64,000 nt of DNA from a virus, in the IMG/VR virus record IMGVR_UViG_3300035670_013167, positions 42,764 through 106,763 of that record; one strand, given 5' to 3'. The first letter of the stretch is position 1. Each line of letters begins with the position of its first letter. Below the pieces are notes generated by a model. The model made no database searches. It worked only from the letters and a program-made list of their open reading frames with translations, and was not told where the DNA came from. A program made the position numbers and the translations under genes. This document shows, one piece after another, positions 39,215 to 49,260 of the stretch.

Positions 39215-40251
39215 TAATTTTTCTCAAAAATTCTATTATGAGTGTTATTTACCCTAACAAATGTACAACATTTGCTGAAGTCTTTCAAGGTCTCTGTGCC
39301 GACATATGTGCAAGCACTCCTAATTCCTCCCAATAACTCAATAATAGTATCTTCAACAAATCCTTTGTAGGAAACCCAGACCGACCGACCTTCTGAAGCT
39401 CTGTAATTACATTGGCCGCCATTAAACTTCTTCATGGCCTCTTTACTACTCATTCCATAAAAATTCAAAAACTTTTTATTTCCATCATTATCATATTCCC
39501 AATCGCCTTCGCATTCTTCATGGCCACTCAACATTCCCCCCAACATAACAAAATCAGCACCCGCTCCAAATGCTTTTGCAACATCTCCAGATGATGTACA
39601 ACCGCCATCAGCAACAATGTGGCCCCGTAAGCCATGGGCGGCATCTGCACACTCTGCTATACAACTTAGCTGCGGATATCCTACGCCCGTGACTATTCTC
39701 GTTGTACATGCACTACCGCCGCCAATTCCAACCTTAACTATATCGACACCCCCGTTGAGCAATAATTCTTGAACCATCTCAGGAGTGCATATATTACCAG
39801 CCATGAGAACAGAATCTTTAAATTTTTCTCTTATAATTTTACATTTCTCTTCAAAATATTTTGTATATCCATTAGCAACATCTAAACAAATATATTTTGG
39901 AACATACCCTGCCACTTTTATAAAATTATTCAACTTATCGAAATCATCTTCTTTAATTCCTAATGTGTAAAAAGCTTGATGATTCTTAAAGAATTCAACC
40001 AACTGATTCACAGTGTAATGCTTGTGAAGACAAACGCTCATGTCATACTTAGAAAAAACATTCGCCATAGCAAAGGTTCCAGTTGTGCTCATATTAGCAG
40101 CTACTATTGGAACTCCTTGCCATTCAACGCCAGAATTTAAGAATTTAAAGTTTCTAACAAGGCTGACATTTTTTCTACTGGGAGATTCTGATCTTTTTGG
40201 GCGAATCAAAACATCAGAAAAATCTAACTTAATTTCGTTTTCAATTCTCAT
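39214..40251 (-). CDS. guaC: GMP reductase
   Basis: KLDFSDVLIRPKRS, AANM, LDVANGY, KVGIGGGSACTTR, GYPQLS, FYGMSS, YRASEG. Confidence 0.95.
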   Translation of the reverse strand: MRIENEIKLDFSDVLIRPKRSESPSRKNVSLVRNFKFLNSGVEWQGVPIVAANMSTTGTFAMANVFSKYDMSVCLHKHYTVNQLVEFFKNHQAFYTLGIKEDDFDKLNNFIKVAGYVPKYICLDVANGYTKYFEEKCKIIREKFKDSVLMAGNICTPEMVQELLLNGGVDIVKVGIGGGSACTTRIVTGVGYPQLSCIAECADAAHGLRGHIVADGGCTSSGDVAKAFGAGADFVMLGGMLSGHEECEGDWEYDNDGNKKFLNFYGMSSKEAMKKFNGGQCNYRASEGRSVWVSYKGFVEDTIIELLGGIRSACTYVGTETLKDFSKCCTFVRVNNTHNRIFEKN

Positions 40252-40322
40252 TTATTAATTTCCTTATAAACAAACTATATTTTATTAGATTTTAGACTTT
40301 TGTCAATCGTAATGGGAGAAAT

Positions 40323-40598
40323 TTGAGAAGAAAAAAACTCATCAATAAAAAAATAAAAAAATTAACAGATAAAAAATGCAAGTTTTGTTTACAAGAAGAT
40401 TATTGCACCCTACAAGTACACAGAATAAAACCTGGCTGCGAGGGTGGAGAATATACAGAGTTCAATACAGTCACCACATGTAGCAACTGTCACAATAAAA
40501 TTCATGATAAAAAAATAAAAATAGATAGAAAGTATCAATCAACAAAAGGATGGATACTTCATTATTGGGATGAAAACGGGAATGAGCATTGGGACTAA
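40323..40598 (+). CDS. Small HNH endonuclease
   Basis: CKFC, LQVHRI.PG..GG.Y, N...CSNCH..IH. Confidence 0.8.
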   Translation: MRRKKLINKKIKKLTDKKCKFCLQEDYCTLQVHRIKPGCEGGEYTEFNTVTTCSNCHNKIHDKKIKIDRKYQSTKGWILHYWDENGNEHWD

Positions 40599-40740
40599 AT
40601 AATAAAATTATTAGAAACTAATTTTATTTTAACATAATTTTCATCATAATTTTCTATTTCAACTACGGTTTTTCCTAAAAAACAATCTCCAATTTTAATA
40701 TTTTTTGATTTTTCTACTAAGTAACAATTTTCTTCTAATT

Positions 40741-41304
40741 TCAATTAGATCCACCTCCTAAATAGTCAAATTCCGAGATAGAGACCATTCCTGTTCTGAT
40801 AGACTTTTCTCTTGTGATTCTTTTGCCCAAATTTTTCTGAGCATTCCATGTTATAGCTTTGCAATAAGTTATAAATTTGGAATCCATAATCAATCCTGCT
40901 TTTTTGTTTGGTCTTTCAGATATTGGAACTAAGCACTTCACTAATTTATCTAATATCTTTTCTTGGTATGGGCCAAACTTTTGACGGTTAGCTCCGTGTC
41001 TAGTTTTGTTTTTCCAAAGATTAGCCAATTGCTTAATCATAGATTTTATAAAATCATCTTTAGCGTACTTCTTGCAAATCTCTAAAGACCTTTCGATATA
41101 GCACTGTCTTTTGTAGTAAGAAGCTGCTCGCAATAAAGCTATTCTCATATCTTGAGCAATATCTTCTTGGCTATCTGTATGGTTGTTTCTGGCATTTTTT
41201 TTAATTAATTGCCAAGCCTGATATTCACAAAGTTCGCCAAATTTATTATCTAATTGCATGTATTCTTCTTCTGTAACAGGAAAAGAATTTTGTATAACTT
41301 TCAT
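40741..41304 (-). CDS. Sigma-factor region-2-like protein (candidate late sigma)
   Basis: QEDIAQDMRIALLRAA ... KFITYCKAITWNA resemble regions 2.2 and 2.3-2.4; no region 4. Confidence 0.45.
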   Translation of the reverse strand: MKVIQNSFPVTEEEYMQLDNKFGELCEYQAWQLIKKNARNNHTDSQEDIAQDMRIALLRAASYYKRQCYIERSLEICKKYAKDDFIKSMIKQLANLWKNKTRHGANRQKFGPYQEKILDKLVKCLVPISERPNKKAGLIMDSKFITYCKAITWNAQKNLGKRITREKSIRTGMVSISEFDYLGGGSN

Positions 41305-41315
41305 TTTAACCTCTT

Positions 41316-42623
41316 TTAATATTTTATAAGTTTATTTAAATTTTCTCCAAAATGACAAGAAGTTTTCAATTTTAAATTAGGAAACAAATCATCATCTTCT
41401 TCCAAAACTTTTTTACTTAATTCAATGATAGACCTATATTCTTTTTTATTACAAGAAATACAATATCCGTCATGTAAATGAAAGCATATCTTAGCCTTAT
41501 TTGATAAGGCCTCATGCAGCTTTACAAGTTTTCTTAAGCAAATCATGTTTGATGGTGATTGTATACAAAAATTTTTAATTTTATACAACTCGTCTTTTTG
41601 AAATTTTCTTCTTCTACCGAATATATCAGTAGCAAAATTGTTGCTATCGGTAGCTTGGCTTTTAACCCAAGCAAAAGCAACGGGAAAGGATCGTTCTAAA
41701 TTATATATTAGTTTAGTTGCATTTTTTTCGCTAATTCCAATTCTTTTAGATAAAGAAAATGCTCCTTGACCAAAAATAACAGGCAAAAAGATATTTTTAC
41801 ATATTTTTCTTTGATCTTCTGTCGCGTCTTGATTTGTTAGCTTTTTCCAAATTAAATCATATAAATCGTCCTGAGATCTGGTGAACTCCATTAATTTTTC
41901 ATCTTTTGTAATCCAAGCTAAAACACTAACCTCCATGTGTTTATAATCAAAATAAACAAAGTATTCTTGATCGCTTGGCAATCTCAAATTACTCTTTTCT
42001 TTTTCACCCATGGAATGTGGCAAAAAACAATCTTTTAATACTTTTAAATTTTTCATTCTTCCATTAGATTGACCTTCAATTTCATAATAAGAATACACAA
42101 GCCGTTTAGCAGCAACGTCAACAAGAGGATTCGTTTCGATGCTAGGAATAACTCGACAAATTAAAGGGTAAAAAACTTCTTCATAAAACTTCTCAAAGTT
42201 CTTCCAGCCATCTGTTTTTCTTATATAATTCATAAGAAAAAAAGCATCTTTTGAAGAATTTGGCTTTTTTCTAGGCAGACTAAAATAAGAACATATTAAA
42301 TTTAGATCATATACAACTTTATTGAATTGTATATTTATTTGAGATTTTTTTCTGAAGTAAGAGATTATATTTTTTAGATTCCAAGAAATAAGATCGCAAT
42401 TTTTTGTATAAAAATAAAAACTTGCTGCGATGTTTTCTATGTCTTTTTCATTTTGCAAGCCAATAGTGAATTTATTTCCATTAGTTTGAATACTCAAATC
42501 AATTAAAGAATCATCAGTCCAATCAACGTGATCTTGCTCAAAATGAAAAAAAACTTTTGAGTCTTGTATAGATTCTAAAACAGACGCTACTTCTTGCATT
42601 TGCGTATTATATTTGAAAAACAA
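41316..42623 (-). CDS. Family A DNA polymerase-like protein, polymerase domain only, divergent
   Basis: SNGRM, motif A FDYKHME, motif B RKICKNIFLPVIFG, DIFGRRR, NFCIQS, motif C LHDG. Confidence 0.8.
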   Translation of the reverse strand: MFFKYNTQMQEVASVLESIQDSKVFFHFEQDHVDWTDDSLIDLSIQTNGNKFTIGLQNEKDIENIAASFYFYTKNCDLISWNLKNIISYFRKKSQINIQFNKVVYDLNLICSYFSLPRKKPNSSKDAFFLMNYIRKTDGWKNFEKFYEEVFYPLICRVIPSIETNPLVDVAAKRLVYSYYEIEGQSNGRMKNLKVLKDCFLPHSMGEKEKSNLRLPSDQEYFVYFDYKHMEVSVLAWITKDEKLMEFTRSQDDLYDLIWKKLTNQDATEDQRKICKNIFLPVIFGQGAFSLSKRIGISEKNATKLIYNLERSFPVAFAWVKSQATDSNNFATDIFGRRRKFQKDELYKIKNFCIQSPSNMICLRKLVKLHEALSNKAKICFHLHDGYCISCNKKEYRSIIELSKKVLEEDDDLFPNLKLKTSCHFGENLNKLIKY

Positions 42624-42626
42624 AGA

Positions 42627-42896
42627 TTAATCTATTGGTTTGATAATTTTTTGAGTTTGTCTAATTAAACGATCTTCATTTTTATATTTGTCATTCTTAA
42701 TTTTTCTTACATTAATTCTTTTTTCTCTTTCTTTTTTACTCACTCCAATAGATCCTTTATTTCTTTTTTTTATAATAGAAAAATAAACATTCTTATTAAT
42801 TTGTTGATCTTTATAAAATTTTTCAATAGCTTCATCTAAGGTAATTCCAAGTTTCTTAGATAATCTTTTTATATTTCTTCTATGTTTTTTTAACAT
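42627..42896 (-). CDS. Basic hypothetical protein
   Basis: K/R-rich ORF directly upstream of the Pol A-like gene. Confidence 0.5.
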   Translation of the reverse strand: MLKKHRRNIKRLSKKLGITLDEAIEKFYKDQQINKNVYFSIIKKRNKGSIGVSKKEREKRINVRKIKNDKYKNEDRLIRQTQKIIKPID

Positions 42897-42899
42897 TTA

Positions 42900-43380
42900 A
42901 TTATAAGTGCGCACCTAGGGTATAATCCCTAGAGATCTTATCCTTTAACACTTTAGTTAATTAGGGGATCTATATTGGGATTGAGTGTTTTAAATTGATC
43001 TTTGTATTCTACCTTTTCAGTTTCTTCACTTAACTCCCTTGGATATTTTTTATTACTATCTCGTATGACCATGACCCTATACCCTGTTGATAGATCTACT
43101 ACTATCTGGTTACATGGAAAACCCGTAGAGGGAAAAATATCCTTTTCGTTAAGCAATTCAGCTTCCCTATATTAATCAAAATTGATTAAAAGCTTAGAAA
43201 CACTGGGGGAGTTTTTAACCCCATTGGTTCGTCTGACACACCTGTTACTTTTTCTTTTTCAAGACTTTTTGCCAATTACGAATTAGCCCGTGCAAGTTTC
43301 AGGTAAAAACAACGGTAAAGATCAATTAACTCACTAGAAATAAATTCTAGACCGTACATAAGTTATGATAATGTAGTAAA
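42900..43380. other. Hairpin-rich intergenic region (candidate ncRNA or replication origin)
   Basis: Several inverted repeats, a long-range 11-bp pairing and repeated GATCT. Confidence 0.35.
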
Positions 43381-43421
43381 ACCGTTTGACGAATTGTATC
43401 TGTTTTTTTAGAATAGTCAAT

Positions 43422-44072
43422 ATGAATGAGTTAGAATTAATTCTGAAGTACAAAATGAACGATTTAGAAGCAAAAGCTTTTAAAATTTGTTTAATGTGGC
43501 AAGATTTATGCAAAAAAGAATTTCCTAATGAAAGATATTTAAAAATATCTAAAACAAAAGATCCAAGAAAAACAACTTTATTTAAATATGCATATAAATT
43601 AATTAGAGAAACAAAAGGATTATTAACAAGCGATAAAGAATATTATATTTATATTCTTGCTCAATTACAAATATTAAAATTGATGAAAGAAGGCGATATA
43701 CATGCTTTAATTGAACCTCAAATTCTTGTTGGTGATAAAGCTTGGAAAAGATGGAAAATTTGGAAGAAGAAATATGACAAAAAAGTAAATGAAATAAAAG
43801 ACTATAGAGATGTCGGATTAGTAACTAGCGAAAGACAAATAAAAATCGAATTAAAAAGAACTTTAGAATTTTTAAATAAATTAGATTATTCATCTATAAA
43901 AAAATCAGACTTTGAAAGATGGGTAAGTACAAAACAAATTTCTCCTTATTATGTAATTTTATCTCCTTTTGCTAAAAAATTTATTACAGAATTTGATTAT
44001 GAATTATACAAACCTTCTATAACTCCTAAAGTTGAGGAATTTTTTAAGAAAGAATTTAGCCATGAGTTTTAA
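43422..44072 (+). CDS. Hypothetical protein
   Basis: Long ORF, likely start MNELELIL. Confidence 0.65.
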   Translation: MNELELILKYKMNDLEAKAFKICLMWQDLCKKEFPNERYLKISKTKDPRKTTLFKYAYKLIRETKGLLTSDKEYYIYILAQLQILKLMKEGDIHALIEPQILVGDKAWKRWKIWKKKYDKKVNEIKDYRDVGLVTSERQIKIELKRTLEFLNKLDYSSIKKSDFERWVSTKQISPYYVILSPFAKKFITEFDYELYKPSITPKVEEFFKKEFSHEF

Positions 44073-44502
44073 AAATCACAGTATATTTGGACCAAAAAAA
44101 GAAGAAGAACATATTAATAAAATTTTTATCAAAAAGAATAAAAAAGGAGAATGGTCTTTTGAAAAAAATGGTCAATTTTACAACATGAGTCCGGCCGAAA
44201 TTACCAAATATTCTTTTTCGCCAATAATATCAGGAGCAGATAAATTAATTAATAATGCTTGTAAAATAAAAAATATAAACTCAAATAAAGGAATGTATCT
44301 GTATTTTTCAGAAGAAGAATTTATAGATTGTGATGTTAGAATGGAATTTGATGAAAAATTATTTGATGGTTGGCTTTATAATATTTATTCTGAAAAAATA
44401 TCTGTAGACAAAGGACAAAAAGCTTGGGCATGTGATTATTTAAAATTATATTACAAAGAGCCACCAAAAAAAGTTTATTTAAAACTAGAAGAAAAATCAT
44501 AA
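44062..44502 (+). CDS. Hypothetical protein (DUF6717-like pattern)
   Basis: GADKLI, LYFS, GWLY, AWAC..LKLYY..PP..VY. Confidence 0.5.
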   Translation: MSFKNHSIFGPKKEEEHINKIFIKKNKKGEWSFEKNGQFYNMSPAEITKYSFSPIISGADKLINNACKIKNINSNKGMYLYFSEEEFIDCDVRMEFDEKLFDGWLYNIYSEKISVDKGQKAWACDYLKLYYKEPPKKVYLKLEEKS

Positions 44503-44555
44503 ATTAAAATTTAAAATATATACAAATAAAATTTTAATTCTATTGTATAATTTAT

Positions 44556-44849
44556 TTAACAAGATCCCCAAAATACTACATATGTGTCTCCACAAGAAGG
44601 AGCAGAAACTCCATACACTATACTATTTCCGTCCCATAAATGTCCAACACCCTGAGGAGTAGAGGGACACGAGCAGTCATTAACTTCTCCAACCTTTACG
44701 CATTTATTGCTAAGGTTCCATTGTCCTTGATCTCCGGAACATGTGTATTCGCAACCCATGTAATAAAATGGATCGTTAGGGCTTCCTTCTGCATCTCCGT
44801 TGTAACATCCGTTTTTTGCACTTAAAACACTAAATATTGGCTCATTCAT
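44556..44849 (-). CDS. Small cysteine-rich protein
   Basis: 8 Cys in 97 aa; AAGGA RBS. Confidence 0.55.
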   Translation of the reverse strand: MNEPIFSVLSAKNGCYNGDAEGSPNDPFYYMGCEYTCSGDQGQWNLSNKCVKVGEVNDCSCPSTPQGVGHLWDGNSIVYGVSAPSCGDTYVVFWGSC

Positions 44850-44962
44850 GATTTATTCCTTTTTTTAAAATTGTTATATTATTAAATGACACGAACATAA
44901 CGAAAAGCAACCTTTTAAGATTATTTATTTTTATTTATAAATTAAGGCGTATAAATAAAAAT

Positions 44963-45268
44963 ATGAATTTTAGGCAATTTTATGAAATGGCTAGTTTTAC
45001 TTTACCTCATTCTATAAATATAGATGGAGAAAAAGTACAAGCTATAGATATGCAATTTGAACTAAGTCCAAAAACCTTAGATAAAAATGGCAAAGTAATG
45101 AATCAAGGATCTAAATTTATTGCTAAAATGCCTAATTCTAGTGATTATTTAGTTTATAATGGCGAAGGATATTCGATCTTTGCCGACAGAGATAATTTAT
45201 ATAATTTATTAGAAAAAGGCTATGAATTAATTCCAAAAGATTGGTGGAAAAAAGCTAGATTTATTTAG
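44963..45268 (+). CDS. CTS-like-tagged hypothetical protein
   Basis: MNFRQFYEMA, 5 nt after TATAAATA. Confidence 0.65.
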   Translation: MNFRQFYEMASFTLPHSINIDGEKVQAIDMQFELSPKTLDKNGKVMNQGSKFIAKMPNSSDYLVYNGEGYSIFADRDNLYNLLEKGYELIPKDWWKKARFI

Positions 45269-45638
45269 ATTCAAATTCTATTAATAATTTTTCTACTTCT
45301 TCTATAGAATTAATATAAATTTCTATTTTGTCTCTCGTTCTTTCATTTGAAGAATGAGTTTTTTCCATATGACAATTATGACATAATAAAATACACTTTT
45401 TCATTTCTTCTATTAATTCTGAAGGTTTGTGTTTTTTAGAATAAAGTCGATACATCCCACCAGCACTAGATCTTTTAGAATATCCATTTTTAACATGCTC
45501 AGATTTATCTTCTCCGGGCAAATGATCAAAACACAAACAAGAAGGATGTTTGTTATAACCGCAATTTTGACATCCTACTGATATTTTATAAATGTCTACA
45601 ATTTTATGTCTATAATCTTTTATATTTTTACTATTCAT
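45261..45638 (-). CDS. HNH-like endonuclease
   Basis: GCQNCGY..HP..L.FDH...KCILLCHNCH. Confidence 0.8.
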   Translation of the reverse strand: MNSKNIKDYRHKIVDIYKISVGCQNCGYNKHPSCLCFDHLPGEDKSEHVKNGYSKRSSAGGMYRLYSKKHKPSELIEEMKKCILLCHNCHMEKTHSSNERTRDKIEIYINSIEEVEKLLIEFESK

Positions 45639-45686
45639 GATACAATCTAGAAATCAACATTAAACTATATTATATTAAATATTAAA

Positions 45687-46193
45687 ATGATTATCAATAG
45701 CAAAAAGTTTAAAAGATTCATAACTAGCAAAAAAATAAAAAATAAAATAAATTTTATAGCCAAAAAAATAAACAAGGACTACAAAGATAAAAATCCTTTG
45801 TTCTTATGCATACTAGATGGATCATTTATGTTTGCATCTCAACTTTACAAAAAAATAAAAGTTGAATCTGAAATAAGCTTTGTAAAAATAAAATCTTACA
45901 AAGGCACCAAATCAAATGGAATAAATAATTTAATAGGAATAAATCAAGATCTAGAAGATAAAGATGTTGTGATAGTAGAAGATATTGTAGACACGGGCAA
46001 AACTATAAAATATATACTTAACAATATAAATTGTAGATCAATTAGAATCGCAACTCTGTTATCAAAACCAGAAGTTCATAATCTAAAATTAGATTATGTT
46101 GGGTTTGAAATACCTGATAAATTTGTAATTGGCTATGGTTTAGATTATAATGGTTTAGGAAGAAATTTAAAGGAAATATATCAAATATCATGA
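45687..46193 (+). CDS. hpt: Hypoxanthine-guanine phosphoribosyltransferase
   Basis: ILDGSFMF, KSYKGT.S, VEDIVDTGKT, FVIGYGLDY..GRNL. Confidence 0.93.
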   Translation: MIINSKKFKRFITSKKIKNKINFIAKKINKDYKDKNPLFLCILDGSFMFASQLYKKIKVESEISFVKIKSYKGTKSNGINNLIGINQDLEDKDVVIVEDIVDTGKTIKYILNNINCRSIRIATLLSKPEVHNLKLDYVGFEIPDKFVIGYGLDYNGLGRNLKEIYQIS

Positions 46194-47230
46194 TAAATGA
46201 AATTTTTTTAGAACCTGTTATGTATGTTTATGTTTTGAGTGGAGAAAACTTAAAGAAAAAATCTAATAATGAAGATTATTGGAAAATAAAAGTATTGACC
46301 ACTCTTGATAGTCCTAAGGAAATTGACCTAAAAATATGGGAATGCGGCCCTAATCCTAGCGATAATAATGATTTGCCACAAAAAGGCGATTACTTAAAAA
46401 TAATTATAGAAAATTTAGAGGAATTTGAAAAAGAGTACAAACTTCCGGCAAGTAGATTTTCATCAACAATTGGCCGTGGGAAAAACTTGAGCAATATTAA
46501 AATAGACAAATCAAAAATCCCAGAAGAATACTTGAACAAACTTGTTCTAAAGTGTGCGAGTCCAAAGCAAATTAAAAAAGCATGGTCGATAATAGATTCG
46601 AATGAGTATTGGGAATGCGAAGAAAATTATAAATTTATAATGACCGTTTTAGACCGTGTAGGAAGAAAAAAAATTGAAGAAGCACCTGCTGCTAAATCTT
46701 GTCATCATAATTACAAAGGCGGTCTATTAATTCATACTAGCGAGGTACTAAGAAGTGCTAGATATAATGTATTAAGTAAGCAACCTCATTATGATTTTAT
46801 AAATTACGATGTTGTTTGCGGAGCGGCAATATTACATGATATTGGCAAAATAAATACGTTTATGTGTGATGAGCTTAATGTTCCTGATAGTTCTGAAGAA
46901 GAGTCTTTACTAGGACATCCTTACTATTCAATGTTTTATATTAAAAAAATAGCAGAAGAAATTAATTTTGAAAATAAAGAATATATTAAAGAATTGCTAC
47001 ATTGCGTTGCTTCTCACCACGGCAGGCCAGAATGGGGAGCAATAAAAGAAGCAAAAACCCCTGAAGCTCTAATTTTACATGACGCAGATAATGAAAGCAG
47101 TACAATTGAATCCTTTAAGGATTTATTATTAAAATCAACAAATGATCAAAAGTTTATGAAACATTTTGGAGATAATTTTTATATAACTTACAAAGCTAAA
47201 AAAATGAAATCGGAAGGCAAATTAAATTAA
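46190..47230 (+). CDS. HD-domain protein, YhaM/Cbf1-like 3'-5' exonuclease
   Basis: N-terminal OB-like region; PAAKSCHHNYKGGLLIH, LHDIGK, SHHGRPEWGA, PEALILHDAD. Confidence 0.85.
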   Translation: MINEIFLEPVMYVYVLSGENLKKKSNNEDYWKIKVLTTLDSPKEIDLKIWECGPNPSDNNDLPQKGDYLKIIIENLEEFEKEYKLPASRFSSTIGRGKNLSNIKIDKSKIPEEYLNKLVLKCASPKQIKKAWSIIDSNEYWECEENYKFIMTVLDRVGRKKIEEAPAAKSCHHNYKGGLLIHTSEVLRSARYNVLSKQPHYDFINYDVVCGAAILHDIGKINTFMCDELNVPDSSEEESLLGHPYYSMFYIKKIAEEINFENKEYIKELLHCVASHHGRPEWGAIKEAKTPEALILHDADNESSTIESFKDLLLKSTNDQKFMKHFGDNFYITYKAKKMKSEGKLN

Positions 47231-48216
47231 TACAAACCGATATATTCTACCGGAGCATCTTTTATTACTTGGTAATATTTTATTGGTCCATCTAAAGTTT
47301 TTATTAAGTATTTGTTATTTATTTTAATTTTATAAATATCTCTTCTTTCATCTGTGCCGGACAGATCACCAGCCAAACCGTCAACATGATTGAAGCTATT
47401 TGATAAAAATATATTGGCTGGCAAATAATCTGTTTTATTATAAAATTCTCTATCTTTAGTTGGCCTTGCTGTATACAAGGTTAATATTTGATTTTTTTTA
47501 TTTGGGTTTTGAAGTTGTGAAATTAAATTAAAATAATCTTGTTTTTCCTCGTTACTTGTAAAAAGATATTCTGACTCTTCTTCGTCTGCTTCTAATATGT
47601 CTTCTATGGTGAATTTTTCATCTTGTTTCCAAATTTGAAAATCTCCATTTTTATTTCCCACCTTAATTTCAGCACTATCTGAAGAAGATAAAAAATCCTC
47701 ATCAGATGAATTATAAATTGGAAATATTGTTACTTTGGATCCATTCCAATCTAAATTTGATATTGCTTGATCTATTTTATTTTTTATTTCAAGCATATTT
47801 TGATTTGTTTTTTCTAAAACATTATTTAATAAATTATAATATTCATTTTTATCTATTTTTCTATCGTCCAAAGAGTCCAGATACCTCCAGAGATATCTCA
47901 TTACATTAAAAACTTTGTATCTATCATCACCGGACAAAGATCTTTGCCAATCCCACAGATCATCGCTCCATGTTTTTGCTACTGATCTTGTGGACGAATT
48001 GGGCAATTGAACAATCAATTCATTTATTTTTGGGTAGTCTTTTAGTTCTTTTTTTATATAATTTAGATCTAATTTGAAATTTTTTAATTCTTCGGTTTCA
48101 TTTTCATAATCACTAAAAAAATCTTCTATTTTTTTAGTGATTATTTTCTTGAGATTATCTATATTGATTTGAACCAAATTATTTATATTTTCTAGGAATT
48201 GATAAAAAGTTTTCAT
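47227..48216 (-). CDS. CTS-like-tagged protein, possible C-terminal ADP-ribosyltransferase-like fold
   Basis: MKTFYQFLEN; LTLYTAR..IFLSNS..IYKIKI. Confidence 0.55.
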   Translation of the reverse strand: MKTFYQFLENINNLVQINIDNLKKIITKKIEDFFSDYENETEELKNFKLDLNYIKKELKDYPKINELIVQLPNSSTRSVAKTWSDDLWDWQRSLSGDDRYKVFNVMRYLWRYLDSLDDRKIDKNEYYNLLNNVLEKTNQNMLEIKNKIDQAISNLDWNGSKVTIFPIYNSSDEDFLSSSDSAEIKVGNKNGDFQIWKQDEKFTIEDILEADEEESEYLFTSNEEKQDYFNLISQLQNPNKKNQILTLYTARPTKDREFYNKTDYLPANIFLSNSFNHVDGLAGDLSGTDERRDIYKIKINNKYLIKTLDGPIKYYQVIKDAPVEYIGLY

Positions 48217-48632
48217 ACATTGCACTCTATAAAAATAGGAGAATAAGCAGAGGCGTCGTAATCATTTGAAATAATAGCAACATCTCCAAAAAAAACATGA
48301 TTAATTTTGTAAACTTCTATATCTTCTCCATATATGTCTTCTGCATCTTTTAGATTTATAAAAGCCAGAGTTTTTCCAAATTTTTTTAAAATATTATATA
48401 TTCTTCCATCAAGATCATGTTGTTCTGTGTATATTTTTTTAATATTATTTTTTTTACAAATTTCAACAAGATTATATATTAATTTTGTTCCTATGCCTTT
48501 TCCTTGTAGGTTATCAGGAACAGATAATCCCGCAATATATGCATAGTTTGAACCTAGTTTATAAGAAAGAAAAGAATCTCCTTCTTGAATGTTTTTATTT
48601 ATATTTTCTAGGAATTTATAAAAGCTAATCAT
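48213..48632 (-). CDS. CTS-like-tagged GNAT acetyltransferase
   Basis: MISFYKFLEN; YIAGLSV...QGKGIGTKLI acetyl-CoA motif. Confidence 0.8.
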   Translation of the reverse strand: MISFYKFLENINKNIQEGDSFLSYKLGSNYAYIAGLSVPDNLQGKGIGTKLIYNLVEICKKNNIKKIYTEQHDLDGRIYNILKKFGKTLAFINLKDAEDIYGEDIEVYKINHVFFGDVAIISNDYDASAYSPIFIECNV

Positions 48633-48633
48633 T

Positions 48634-49260
48634 TTATTCCCAACTTATTCTTTTGCTGCTTTTTTTTCTTCTAGTTCCTTTTTTATTGCAAGCTGATAAA
48701 GTTGGTCTGCAAGCTGGGTATTCTCTTTCTGCTCCTTTGCCTGCTTTTTTTCTTCCGCAAGGAACTAAATTTCCTTTTTTACTAGCTTTGCAATCAATCC
48801 AACCGCCAGTTTTTCTGTCGAACCAGCCTTTTAGCCCTCTTTCTTTTTCTAATTTGAATGTGTTTTCCTTGAAATCTTCTGGTTTTGTGTTTTCTTTAGC
48901 AATAGATTTTATCCTAGCAATAAATAAATTTAGATCTGTTCTTTCTGGTATTTTTTTATGCATATCAATCAAAGCTTTTCTTATTTCTTTTGATGGCGCT
49001 GTTTCTGCATCTATGCCTTTATATTTTAATGACATTATTGCTTGCATTGCATCATCATATTGTTTCTTTTCTTTTAGAGATTCATTTATTTCTACTTGCT
49101 CTTTTTTTGTTTTATTTCCCCAATTTTTAGCTCCTACTTTGCGACAACGAACCAGCGCACCCGAGGCATAAGCGCTAGGAAAAACTGAATATCTATTTTT
49201 TACTTTGTGATAACAGGCATCTTTTTCTTCTCTTATTTCTAACCACTCTGAAAATTTCAT
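48634..49260 (-). CDS. CTS-like-tagged modular protein
   Basis: MKFSEWLEIREE; DACYHKVK.RY.VFPSAYASGALVRCRK and GLKGWF..W...PCGRK..YPACRP modules seen in T4-like phages. Confidence 0.7.
   Translation of the reverse strand: MKFSEWLEIREEKDACYHKVKNRYSVFPSAYASGALVRCRKVGAKNWGNKTKKEQVEINESLKEKKQYDDAMQAIMSLKYKGIDAETAPSKEIRKALIDMHKKIPERTDLNLFIARIKSIAKENTKPEDFKENTFKLEKERGLKGWFDRKTGGWIDCKASKKGNLVPCGRKKAGKGAEREYPACRPTLSACNKKGTRRKKSSKRISWE

Noticed and set aside
42953-43156. 67-aa ORF in the structured intergenic region
   Set aside because: TTG start and no recognisable motif; not excluded but unsupported
48653-49171. 172-aa plus-strand hydrophobic ORF and similar antisense ORFs throughout
   Set aside because: F/L/S-rich mirror of Lys-rich sense genes with better motif support
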